The notes beneath the pieces were generated by a model. That model made no database searches. It saw only the letters and a program-made list of their open reading frames with translations, and was not told the DNA's origin. Positions 37,243 to 45,967 of a DNA stretch of 64,000 nucleotides are shown here, piece after piece. The position numbers and the translations under genes were made by a program. The number at the start of each line of letters is the position of its first letter. Position 1 is the stretch's first letter. Source of the DNA: an uncultured Actinomycetes bacterium (GTDB taxonomy: Bacteria > Actinomycetota > Thermoleophilia > RBG-16-64-13); contig CAKZRW010000031.1 of assembly GCA_937148845.1 (NCBI GenBank), positions 22,038 through 86,037 of the forward strand, written 5' to 3'.

Positions 37243-38697
37243 GTGGCTGAGAAGGTATACCATGCTTCTCACGCCGGCAGACTCGCACGGGCGGACGGGG
37301 TCGGCGTAGGGGGCAGCAAGGAGTGCGGCAGTCTCGTGACTATCGAGCTCCGCGTGCAAGACGGGGTCATAAGCGAGGCTCGTTACCAGGCCTATGGTTG
37401 CCCCGCCACCTTGGCCTCCGCGGAGGCGGTGTGCGAATACGCGGAAGGCACTAGTCTCCTGACTGCTGCCCGCTTGAGCGAGCAGACCATCTGTGCTCAC
37501 TTGGGTCTGCGCTCTGACAAGAGGTATGCGGCGACCAACGCCCTCGATGCCCTGCACGCGGCGCTCGGCTGCATCCTCTCCCGGGCCTTGGCGGCGGGTC
37601 GGAGCGAGCGCAGCCGCTTGTTTCCCCCCAGCCTCGGGGGCAGTGGTGTCCTTGTGGGGATGAGTGGAGGGGTCGACAGTGGTTATGCCGCCTTGCGTCT
37701 ACTCGAAGCTGACCTTCTGCCGGTTGGCATCACTCTGCGCCTATGGACAGAGGGGGGAGTGCCCGACCAGAGAAGCTGCTGTTCTTTCGCTGCCGTGAGG
37801 CGTGCCCGCGAGGTCGCTCACAGCCTGGGTATGCCTCACTTCACCTTGGATGCGTCGGAAGTCTTTCGGGAGCAGGTCGTCGCCTATTTCGTGACTGAAT
37901 ACGCTCGCGGGCGCACTCCCAACCCCTGCGCCAAATGCAACGCCCGTCTGCGCTTCGCCTTGCTTCTGGAGGTGGCTCATTTGCTAGGCCTGGAACGAGT
38001 AGCCACCGGTCATTATGCTCGCCTGACCGGCTCGCGCCCCTGTCTGACCAGGGGAGTCGACACGAAGAAGGATCAGTCGTACGTACTCGCCGAGGTACCG
38101 CCCGAGGTCCTTAGCGGTTACATGTTCCCCCTCGGAGAACTGACCAAGAAGGAGGTGCGTACGGCAGCGGCCAGAGCGGGCCTTAAGCATCACCTCACGC
38201 CCGAGAGTCAAGAGATCTGCTTTGTGCCTGACAATGACTATCGACGCTTCCTTAGGCGCTGTTTGGGTGAGCTTCCCGGAGAGGTGGTGGATACCAGCGG
38301 ACGGGTCCTAGGTAGTCACTCCGGTACTTACAACTTCACTATCGGTCAGCGCAGAGGCGTCGGCATAGCCGGGGGTGGACCGCTCTATGTCGTAGGGGTC
38401 GACGGCGAGTCGAGACGGGTCGTGGTCGGCCGAAGGGCGGAAACGGTGGTCAAAGTGGTCCACTTGGAGTCCCTGGTGTTCCACCCGAGCGACGGGCTGG
38501 GCGCGGTCACGATACAGCTCCGCTCCTCCGGGCCGGCGGTCCCTGTGCGAGAGGTCAGAGTGGAGGGGGGTAAAGCTCTGGTGACCCTGGCACAGCCTGC
38601 CTACGGGGTGGCTCCTGGGCAAACGGGCGTCATCTATCAGGGACCGCAGGTTTGGATCGCCGGTACCATCGGGGCGACAGAACCATTGGAAACATAG
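37243..38697 (+). CDS. mnmA: Fusion protein: N-terminal NifU/IscU-like Fe-S scaffold domain joined to tRNA-specific 2-thiouridylase MnmA
   Basis: N-terminal VAEKVYHASHAGRL...SKECGS...YGCPATLASAEAVC is an IscU/SufU-like fold. The MnmA PP-loop (VGMSGGVDSGYAALRL) and CAKCN catalytic Cys region follow. GTG 37243 has a GGAGA RBS. The ORF-track start 37087 overlaps the upstream gene. Confidence 0.75.
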   Translation: MAEKVYHASHAGRLARADGVGVGGSKECGSLVTIELRVQDGVISEARYQAYGCPATLASAEAVCEYAEGTSLLTAARLSEQTICAHLGLRSDKRYAATNALDALHAALGCILSRALAAGRSERSRLFPPSLGGSGVLVGMSGGVDSGYAALRLLEADLLPVGITLRLWTEGGVPDQRSCCSFAAVRRAREVAHSLGMPHFTLDASEVFREQVVAYFVTEYARGRTPNPCAKCNARLRFALLLEVAHLLGLERVATGHYARLTGSRPCLTRGVDTKKDQSYVLAEVPPEVLSGYMFPLGELTKKEVRTAAARAGLKHHLTPESQEICFVPDNDYRRFLRRCLGELPGEVVDTSGRVLGSHSGTYNFTIGQRRGVGIAGGGPLYVVGVDGESRRVVVGRRAETVVKVVHLESLVFHPSDGLGAVTIQLRSSGPAVPVREVRVEGGKALVTLAQPAYGVAPGQTGVIYQGPQVWIAGTIGATEPLET

Positions 38698-38802
38698 GAG
38701 AGGTGGAGTCGCAGAGAAGGCTACAAGCGCGGGGCCGCCGGGGCCTGTGGTATAGTCTCACAGCCAATCGATGCGCCTGAGAAGCCGGAAGGGGGTCGAG
38801 AC

Positions 38803-39177
38803 ATGGAGTGGGATGCTGGCGCCTTCATGCGGATAGCAATCGGCATCTTCTTCCTGTTGTTCGGTGCCGGTTGTATCTTCGCGCTCATCCGTCTTGCCTC
38901 GGTCCTCGCTCGCGTGACTGATATTCTCGCCGACACCAGGACCCAGGTGATCCCCCTGCTCACTCGGATCGAGAGTACCTTGGACGGCGTGAACGCAGAA
39001 CTAGCTAGAGTGGATGAGATCACTGAGTCAGTCGGAACTATCGTGAAGACGGCGGCGAGCACGACTTCGGCAGTACAATCTGCTGTGGCGACTCCTCTGA
39101 AGAAGGTCGCGGGGCTTGCTTCTGCCGTTAGCGAGGGCATAGCTACGTTCGTGTCTGGCAATAGGAAGGAGAATTGA
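38803..39177 (+). CDS. DUF948 membrane-anchored general stress protein (YtxG-like)
   Basis: N-terminal transmembrane helix then coiled coil. DUF948 pattern. Paired with a downstream YtxH-like gene. Confidence 0.7.
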   Translation: MEWDAGAFMRIAIGIFFLLFGAGCIFALIRLASVLARVTDILADTRTQVIPLLTRIESTLDGVNAELARVDEITESVGTIVKTAASTTSAVQSAVATPLKKVAGLASAVSEGIATFVSGNRKEN

Positions 39178-39181
39178 GACC

Positions 39182-39424
39182 ATGGTGCGTTCCATACTGC
39201 TACTTGCAGCGGGTGCTGCCATCGGAGCGGCTCTTCTCATCGCCCACCGGGTCTCGCAGGAGACGGGCAAGAGCATGCCCGAAGCGTTTGCTGATGTCCC
39301 CAGTGAGGCCAAGCGCATTCTCAGCGAGGTGAAGCAGCGCGCCGAGGGTGCGGTCGAGCGGGGACGTCAGGCCTACCAACAGAAGCTCTCTGAGATCGAC
39401 CAAGAGCTGGGTGGCATCTCCTAG
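39182..39424 (+). CDS. YtxH-like small general stress protein
   Basis: N-terminal transmembrane helix plus charged coiled coil. 80 aa. Immediately downstream of DUF948. Confidence 0.65.
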   Translation: MVRSILLLAAGAAIGAALLIAHRVSQETGKSMPEAFADVPSEAKRILSEVKQRAEGAVERGRQAYQQKLSEIDQELGGIS

Positions 39425-39431
39425 GTGTGAA

Positions 39432-39863
39432 GTGGTGGGGAGTCCGTCGCACGCGAGCAGGGGGACGATACCAGTTCTTCTACGCACTCCTCGCACTCCT
39501 GGGTGTCTCAGGCTTATGCGGGTCGTGATGGCAGGGGTGGCCTCCCGGCATGACCTGCCGTTGGATGCTTTGGACGATGTGGAGTTGGCCGTTGAGACTC
39601 TGCTTGCCGAGGAGCCGCCTGTCGGCGGTGACCTTGAACTGAAGGTCGTAGTAGAGGGTGGCTCTTATCGTGTCTGGCTGGCCGGACTGGAAAACCAGCA
39701 TCTGCGCAGGGTCTTGGTGGACGCAGGGCCTACTCCGGACGTAGGACACGCCATTCTGCTCCATGTCCGTCGTCTTCTTTCGTCTTTGGTCGACGACTTC
39801 GCCGTGGATACAGGGCCGGGATCGACCTTCGTAGTGTGCCTGGAGAAACGAATCTCGGCCTAG
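39432..39863 (+). CDS. RsbW/SpoIIAB-like anti-sigma factor homolog with degenerate ATP-binding motifs
   Basis: VVMAGVASRHDLPLDALDDVELAVETL aligns to RsbW [27 protein letters not shown]. The N-box Asn/His and the G1/G2 glycine boxes are absent. GTG 39432 after an AGGTG SD. Immediately upstream of a SigB-type sigma. Confidence 0.6.
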   Translation: MVGSPSHASRGTIPVLLRTPRTPGCLRLMRVVMAGVASRHDLPLDALDDVELAVETLLAEEPPVGGDLELKVVVEGGSYRVWLAGLENQHLRRVLVDAGPTPDVGHAILLHVRRLLSSLVDDFAVDTGPGSTFVVCLEKRISA

Positions 39864-39893
39864 ATGGCTACTCAGGGCTAGGTGTGAGACGAG

Positions 39894-40709
39894 ATGGGTC
39901 CCCAGGAAGACAGCCACCCAGAGCGGCCAGATCTTGCGGCACTTTCGGAGCACGAGCTGCTTCGTCGTTTCAAGCAATACGGAGACCCGGCAGCACGAGA
40001 GGAGCTGATCCTACGCTATCTGCCCCTGGTGAAGAGCCTGGCCAGACGGTTCGCCTCGCGCGGGCAACCTGTGGAGGACCTGGTCCAGGTGGGGGCGATA
40101 GGGCTTATCAAGGCGATTGACCGTTTCGACCTGGACCGGGGAGTGGAGCTATCGACCTACGCTACCCCCACCATACTGGGAGAGATAAAGCGGTTCTTCA
40201 GAGACAAAGGCTGGGCGGTCAAAGTGCCCCGTGCTCTGCAAGACCTGAACGTCCGACTGACCAAGGTTACCGAACAGTTGAGTACCGAGCTCGGCCGCTC
40301 CCCCACCATTGCCGAGCTGGCAGTGGCGACCGAGGCTAGCGAGGAGGAAGTAGTCGAGGCGCTGGAGAGTGGGCGGGCGTATAGTTCCGTGTCTATCTTC
40401 ACGGGTGGAGGAGAAGACGAAGAGCCACTCAGTCTTTTGGACAGTCTGGGCGGGGAGGAAGAAGCTTATGAGATCTTCGAGCAGAGGCGGCTTCTTGCGC
40501 CAGCCATGGAGCGGCTCGAACCACGGGAACGACTGATACTCCATCTGCGTTTCTTCGAAGGCATGACCCAGACTCAAGTGGCTGCCCGGGTCGGCATCTC
40601 GCAGATGCATGTTTCGCGGCTCATACGGAAGTCGATAGAGGACCTCCGGCAATTCATGTTGGAGGGCGAGACACCGGCCCCAGCGGCCGGGAAGGGAGGC
40701 GAGGACTAA
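39894..40709 (+). CDS. Group-3 alternative sigma factor (SigB/SigF family)
   Basis: Region 2 (LVQVGAIGLIKAIDRFD, STYATPTILGEIKRF), region 3, and the region 4 HTH (TQTQVAARVGISQMHVSRL). Confidence 0.88.
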   Translation: MGPQEDSHPERPDLAALSEHELLRRFKQYGDPAAREELILRYLPLVKSLARRFASRGQPVEDLVQVGAIGLIKAIDRFDLDRGVELSTYATPTILGEIKRFFRDKGWAVKVPRALQDLNVRLTKVTEQLSTELGRSPTIAELAVATEASEEEVVEALESGRAYSSVSIFTGGGEDEEPLSLLDSLGGEEEAYEIFEQRRLLAPAMERLEPRERLILHLRFFEGMTQTQVAARVGISQMHVSRLIRKSIEDLRQFMLEGETPAPAAGKGGED

Positions 40710-40712
40710 ACT

Positions 40713-43331
40713 GTGAAAACGGCAGAACTGCGCAAGATGTTCTTGGATTACTTCGTGGAAAGGGGACACCTGCTGGTCCCCAGCTCTTCCCTCGTACCGT
40801 ATCGGGACCAGTCGGTCCTCTTGACCACTGCAGGCATGCAGCAGTTCATGCCCTATTTCATGGGTCTCGCCGAACCGCCGAGTCGCCGCCTGACCAGCGT
40901 GCAAAAGTGCTTCCGCACCTCGGACATCGACAAGGTGGGGTTCACCGGCAGGCACTGCACATTCTTCGAGATGTTGGGCAATTTCTCCATCGGCGACTAC
41001 TTCAAAGAAGGAGCCATCCGTTTCGCCTGGGAGTTCTCGCTCGAGTATCTGAAACTCGATCGCGACCGGCTTTGGATCTCCTACTTCGAGGGGGACGAAG
41101 AAATCGAGCCCGACTATGAAGCCGTCAACTACTGGGAGGCTGTGGGACTGCCCAAGGAGCGCATGGTGGGGTTACCCCGCAGCGCCAACTTCTGGGGACC
41201 CGTCGGCCAAACGGGCCCATGCGGACCCTGCTCCGAGCTCTACTACGACCGTGGTCCCGAGTTCGGCTGCTCGCGCCCGGATTGCCGGCCTGGTTGTGAC
41301 TGCGACCGCTACGTCGAGTATTGGAATCTGGTTTTCACCGGCTACAACATGGACGAAGACCGCCACCTCACGCCTCTGCCGGCGCAGAACATCGACACGG
41401 GCATGGGATTGGAACGCGTGGCGGCCTTGAAGCAGGGGGTCGACTCGGTCTTCTTGACCGATGCGTTCAGGCCGCTCGTAGAGCTGGGACAGGAGATAGG
41501 CGGAACACCCTACGGCTCCGATCCTCGCGTAGACGTTGCCCTCCGGGTTCTGGCCGACCACGGCCGGGCCATGACGTTCCTGGTGGCAGACGGAGTGATC
41601 CCGAGCAACGAAGGCCGAGGCTACGTACTGCGCCGGATCATAAGGCGGGCAGCTCGTTTCAGTCGCCTTGCTGGCATGAAGCCGCCGCTGCTCAAGCGGT
41701 TCGCGGAGCTCACCATCGAACTGATGGGCGGGACTTACCGCGAACTGACAGAGCGGGCGGAAACCATTCTGCGGGTCATCCAAAGCGAAGAAGAAAGGTT
41801 CAATCGCACTCTGGACCAGGGTCTCGTGCTGGTCGAAGAAGCGGTAGCAAGAGCGAAGACGGAGGGCTCATCTGTCTTCCCCGGACAGGTCGCTTTTCAG
41901 CTGCACGACACCTACGGTTTCCCCGTGGAGGTGACCAGGGAGATCGCCGAGGAACACGGCCTCAGTCTTGACCTGGAGGGTTTCCATTCTTCCATGGAGG
42001 ATCAGCGTCGCCGCGCCCGCAGAGCCCAGAGAGGGGGCGACACTCTGCAGGCGGCGGTGGTGGAGTTTGCCAGGCGTACCGAGCACCCCACAGAGTTCCG
42101 CGGCTACGAGCGTGAGGACCTCTACACGGTGGTGGACAACGTGGAGTTGCTGGAGGACGGTCACTTGCTGCTAGCCCTTCGCGAGAGCCCCTTCTACGCG
42201 GAGATGGGAGGGCAGACGGCGGATACCGGCGTTGTGGAGTCCGAAACCGGCAGAGCCGAGGTCGAAGACGTGCAGACGCATGGTGAGGTCCAGGTCATCA
42301 TCGCCCGTCTGGTCGAGGGCCAGATCGAAAAGGGCACCCGGGTGAGAGCCACTCTGTCCTCCAGCTACCGTCACGCGGTAGCGGCTAATCACACCGCGAC
42401 CCACCTGCTCCATTACGCTTTGCGCTCACGCCTCGGCAAAGATGTCACTCAGGCGGGTTCCTCGGTCCGGGCCGACAAGTTGCGGTTCGACTTCGCGTTC
42501 CACGAGCCCCTGGGAATGGAGCGACTGCGCGAGATAGAGGACCTGGTCAACCGGCGTATCGTGGAGCACCATCCTGTGCGAGCCTTCACCACCAGTCTCG
42601 AGCACGCCAGAGACCTGGGCGCTATCGCCCTGTTCGGCGAAAAGTATGGCGAGTTTGTGCGAGTTGTGGAGATCGACGACTTCAGTCGTGAGCTCTGTGG
42701 AGGGACCCACGTAGCTTGGACCAGTGAGATCGGCGCCTTCAAGATACTGTCGGAGAGCAGCGTGGGGGCCAACGTGCGTCGGATCGAGGCCATCACGGGT
42801 CGGGAAGCGGTCGCCTATTATCGTGAACGTGACCGGACCCTGAGCGAGGCCGCCCGCCACCTCCAGGTTAGCGAAGACCGCGTCCTCGACACTATCAAGA
42901 AGCTTACCGAAGAAGTCTCGTCACTCCAGTCCGAACTGAAGTCCTTGCTCTCCCGGTCGGCCAAGGATCTGATAGCCGACCTCCTGGCGACAGCGACTAC
43001 GGCCAACGGAGTCTCGATCATCGCTGGCGTCGTGGAGGCGCGGGACATGGACCATCTCCTTGCCCTGGCCGACCAGGTGCGTGACCGCGTACAACCGGCT
43101 GTGGTCGCCCTGGGGTCCGTACTCTCAGGCAAAGGTGCTCTAGTGGTGGCTGCAACCCGCGGGGTGGACCAGGTGAACGCCGGCCTGATTGTTAAGGAGG
43201 CCTCTGCTGTCATTGGCGGCAAGGGGGGAGGGACTGCTCAGCTCGGCCGTGGTGGGGGAGGGGACCCTGCCCGTTTGCGGGAGGCGGTGGAAGCAGCCCG
43301 TCGTTCTATTACCGCGGCTTTGGAAGGTTGA
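40713..43331 (+). CDS. alaS: Alanine--tRNA ligase
   Basis: Class II AlaRS catalytic domain (FTGRHCTFFEMLGNFSIGDYFK), editing domain (HTATHLLH), and a C-terminal DHHA1-like domain. 872 aa. Confidence 0.92.
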   Translation: MKTAELRKMFLDYFVERGHLLVPSSSLVPYRDQSVLLTTAGMQQFMPYFMGLAEPPSRRLTSVQKCFRTSDIDKVGFTGRHCTFFEMLGNFSIGDYFKEGAIRFAWEFSLEYLKLDRDRLWISYFEGDEEIEPDYEAVNYWEAVGLPKERMVGLPRSANFWGPVGQTGPCGPCSELYYDRGPEFGCSRPDCRPGCDCDRYVEYWNLVFTGYNMDEDRHLTPLPAQNIDTGMGLERVAALKQGVDSVFLTDAFRPLVELGQEIGGTPYGSDPRVDVALRVLADHGRAMTFLVADGVIPSNEGRGYVLRRIIRRAARFSRLAGMKPPLLKRFAELTIELMGGTYRELTERAETILRVIQSEEERFNRTLDQGLVLVEEAVARAKTEGSSVFPGQVAFQLHDTYGFPVEVTREIAEEHGLSLDLEGFHSSMEDQRRRARRAQRGGDTLQAAVVEFARRTEHPTEFRGYEREDLYTVVDNVELLEDGHLLLALRESPFYAEMGGQTADTGVVESETGRAEVEDVQTHGEVQVIIARLVEGQIEKGTRVRATLSSSYRHAVAANHTATHLLHYALRSRLGKDVTQAGSSVRADKLRFDFAFHEPLGMERLREIEDLVNRRIVEHHPVRAFTTSLEHARDLGAIALFGEKYGEFVRVVEIDDFSRELCGGTHVAWTSEIGAFKILSESSVGANVRRIEAITGREAVAYYRERDRTLSEAARHLQVSEDRVLDTIKKLTEEVSSLQSELKSLLSRSAKDLIADLLATATTANGVSIIAGVVEARDMDHLLALADQVRDRVQPAVVALGSVLSGKGALVVAATRGVDQVNAGLIVKEASAVIGGKGGGTAQLGRGGGGDPARLREAVEAARRSITAALEG

Positions 43332-43763
43332 ATGCGACTATTGGGCGTGGATGTAGGTCGTGCGCGCACGGGATTGGCTCTCTCCGATCCCCACGGAGTG
43401 AGCTGCTCTCCGCTACCGGCTATCGAGGAGCGGGACCCTGGACGCACCATCGAAAAGCTTGCGGCCGTGGTTAGTAAAGAGCAAGTCGGACTCGTGGTAG
43501 TGGGACTGCCCCGTCCTCTTAGTGGGAGGACCAACGAGCAGGCGGAACTCGTGTCGTTGTTCGTCGAGCGACTGCGGGCGGCGCTCACGGTCCCGGTCGT
43601 CACCTGGGATGAGCGCTATACCTCCAAGTTGGCGGAAGCCAAGGGGGTAACAAAGCCATCAAGACGTCGTCGGGTCTCGCTCGATTCGGTGGCTGCCTGC
43701 TACATTCTGCAAGACTACCTCGATTGGCTTCGCAATCGTTCCCAGACCCAGGGGGCGGGATGA
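43332..43763 (+). CDS. ruvX: Putative pre-16S rRNA nuclease / Holliday junction resolvase-like YqgF
   Basis: LLGVDVGRARTGLALSD is the YqgF/RuvC-fold N-terminus. Conserved alaS-ruvX-mltG order. Confidence 0.85.
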   Translation: MRLLGVDVGRARTGLALSDPHGVSCSPLPAIEERDPGRTIEKLAAVVSKEQVGLVVVGLPRPLSGRTNEQAELVSLFVERLRAALTVPVVTWDERYTSKLAEAKGVTKPSRRRRVSLDSVAACYILQDYLDWLRNRSQTQGAG

Positions 43764-44863
43764 ACGACTGGTATAGAGACATTCCCCGCGTAGGGGAACC
43801 ACCTAAGAGGCGGCGTTCCTCGCTGCGTAGATGGCTCCTGCGGTTCGTGGTAGTGGTCGGCTTCTTCGCTTTTGTCACTGGCGTGGCCGTGTTCGTCCTG
43901 CGGGGAGCTGAATGGCTTCAAGCTCACTCGACTACTACTACCGTCACCCAGGCGGTGACCACGGTGCAGGTCCAGATCACTCCGGGCATGACTGCCACCC
44001 AGATCGCCCGCCTCCTCGAGGAGAAGGGCGTCATCGCCTCAGCCTCCCAATTCATAGAGCTGGTCAAGTCCAGACAGTCGGAGAACAAGCTGCAGCCAGG
44101 TACCTATCGTTTGCGCACAGACTTGACTCTGATCGCCGTGGTGGAGAAGCTGGAGACAGGAGAAGGCTCCTCGACCTTCCGAGTGACCATCCCCGAGGGA
44201 CTCACCGTTTCACAGGTGGCTGCGCTACTTGACAAGGATGGTAAGATACCGGGCAAGGACTACGTGACGCTTAGCAAAGACCCCTCCAAGTTTGTCCTGC
44301 CGAAAGTAGGAAGTTCGGTACCCGAGGTGACCACTCTTGAGGGCCTACTGTTCCCTGACACCTACTATCTCTTGCAGGGCGACGGGGCCACCCAGCTGAT
44401 CGGCGCCCAGTTGGTCGCCTTCGAGAAGAAGACCGGGGTATTACCTTGGAGTAAGGCAGAGGCCCTGGGGAGGACGCCCTATGAGATAGTCATCGTGGCC
44501 TCGCTTGCCGAGAAAGAAGCGGTGGCCACCGAGGACCGAGCCAAGGTCGCCGCCGTGATCTATAACCGTCTGAAGGAGAACATGACGCTGGGGCTCGATG
44601 TTACGGTGCGCTACGCCCTGGACAAGTGGACCGGGGAGCTGACCGCCGAGGACCTCAAGGTAGACTCCCCCTACAACACCCGAGTACACAAAGGCTTGCC
44701 GCCTTCCCCCATAGCCAACCCGGGCGTCGACACCCTTCGAGCCGCGCTTGAGCCGGCTGATGTCGACTACCTGTACTTCATCGCTAACAAGGAAGGCAAA
44801 CTCTTCTTTACGGCCGACTACCAAGAGTTCTTGCGTTGGAAGAAGGAGTTCCAAGCTCAATAG
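43760..44863 (+). CDS. mltG: Endolytic murein transglycosylase MltG (YceG family)
   Basis: N-terminal transmembrane helix plus YceG domain (SPYNTRVHKGLPPSPIANPG). ATGA overlap with ruvX. Confidence 0.85.
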   Translation: MNDWYRDIPRVGEPPKRRRSSLRRWLLRFVVVVGFFAFVTGVAVFVLRGAEWLQAHSTTTTVTQAVTTVQVQITPGMTATQIARLLEEKGVIASASQFIELVKSRQSENKLQPGTYRLRTDLTLIAVVEKLETGEGSSTFRVTIPEGLTVSQVAALLDKDGKIPGKDYVTLSKDPSKFVLPKVGSSVPEVTTLEGLLFPDTYYLLQGDGATQLIGAQLVAFEKKTGVLPWSKAEALGRTPYEIVIVASLAEKEAVATEDRAKVAAVIYNRLKENMTLGLDVTVRYALDKWTGELTAEDLKVDSPYNTRVHKGLPPSPIANPGVDTLRAALEPADVDYLYFIANKEGKLFFTADYQEFLRWKKEFQAQ

Positions 44864-45034
44864 GCGCGAGAGAATGGCTGCAGCTGTCCGTTGCTGCGTT
44901 GCCTCGTCACCTGCGCCGTTGACGGGCCAGGCTCATACTTTCGGCCTATGTCAGTGCGAGCCTGGTCTGGTAGGGTAGGCGCGGGCCGACGGCCAGAATG
45001 AGCCGCAAACTGCGGGCGAGGAGGGTGAACAACT

Positions 45035-45967
45035 GTGGAGACGTCGCCCATTCCAGTCTTACACGGGCACAAGCCGATGCATCTCTTGGGAGTGATCGGA
45101 CATCCCATAGCTCACTCCTTGTCCCCGCGGATGCACAACGCGGCTCTGCGTCATCACGGCATCAATGCCGTGTACCTGGCGTTCGACGTGCTGCCCGAGC
45201 ACCTTCTTGTGACCGTTGAGGCGATGCGGGTCCTCGGGCTGCGGGGACTTAACGTGACTGTGCCCCACAAGGTCGCTGTGCTTCCGTTGCTGGATGAGGT
45301 CGAGTCAGTGGCCGCCCGTGTCGGCGCTGTGAACACAATCGTTCGTCGCGGCGAGCGGCTGCTGGGGTACAACACTGACGTAGTCGGCTTCCGTCTGGCC
45401 TTGCGCGCCATCATGCCGGAGGGAGCGACTGGCCTTCCTTGTCTAGTTCTCGGCGCTGGGGGAGCGGCGCGTGCAGTGGTTGCTGGCCTAGTGGAAGAGG
45501 GTGCGGCACAAGTCGGTATCTTCAATCGAACACTGGAGAGAGCCACCCTCCTCGCGGAAGCGGCCGCGTCGTGGGGGTCGACGCGGTGCCTGGTTGTCGA
45601 CGCGGGGGATCTTCTCGAGGTGGCTCGAAGCGCGGATGTGATCGTTAACGCGACGTCCGTCGGTATGCACGGAACCTTCAAGGAAACGCCTCTTCCTGTC
45701 GATATTCTCGACAGCCACCATGTGGTGCTTGACGTCGTGTACGGTGGGGAGCCCACGGCTCTCGTAGCCGGGGCCCAGGCAAGGGGGGCTCGCGCAGCGG
45801 ACGGCAGGGAGATGCTCATCCGCCAGGCTGCGGCCGCCTACGAGTTGTGGTTCACGCGACCGGCGCCGCTGGCAGTGATGCGCCGGGCTGTCGAGCAGGC
45901 AGAGAGGAGAGGACCCGTAGATGCAGGCCGCGCGAGAGGAAAGGCTGGAGCGCAGGCAAGTCGGTAG
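45035..45967 (+). CDS. aroE: Shikimate dehydrogenase
   Basis: GVIGHPIAHSLSPRMHNAA, NVTVPHK, and a GAGGAARA Rossmann motif. GTG start with a GAGGAGGG RBS. Confidence 0.85.
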   Translation: METSPIPVLHGHKPMHLLGVIGHPIAHSLSPRMHNAALRHHGINAVYLAFDVLPEHLLVTVEAMRVLGLRGLNVTVPHKVAVLPLLDEVESVAARVGAVNTIVRRGERLLGYNTDVVGFRLALRAIMPEGATGLPCLVLGAGGAARAVVAGLVEEGAAQVGIFNRTLERATLLAEAAASWGSTRCLVVDAGDLLEVARSADVIVNATSVGMHGTFKETPLPVDILDSHHVVLDVVYGGEPTALVAGAQARGARAADGREMLIRQAAAAYELWFTRPAPLAVMRRAVEQAERRGPVDAGRARGKAGAQASR

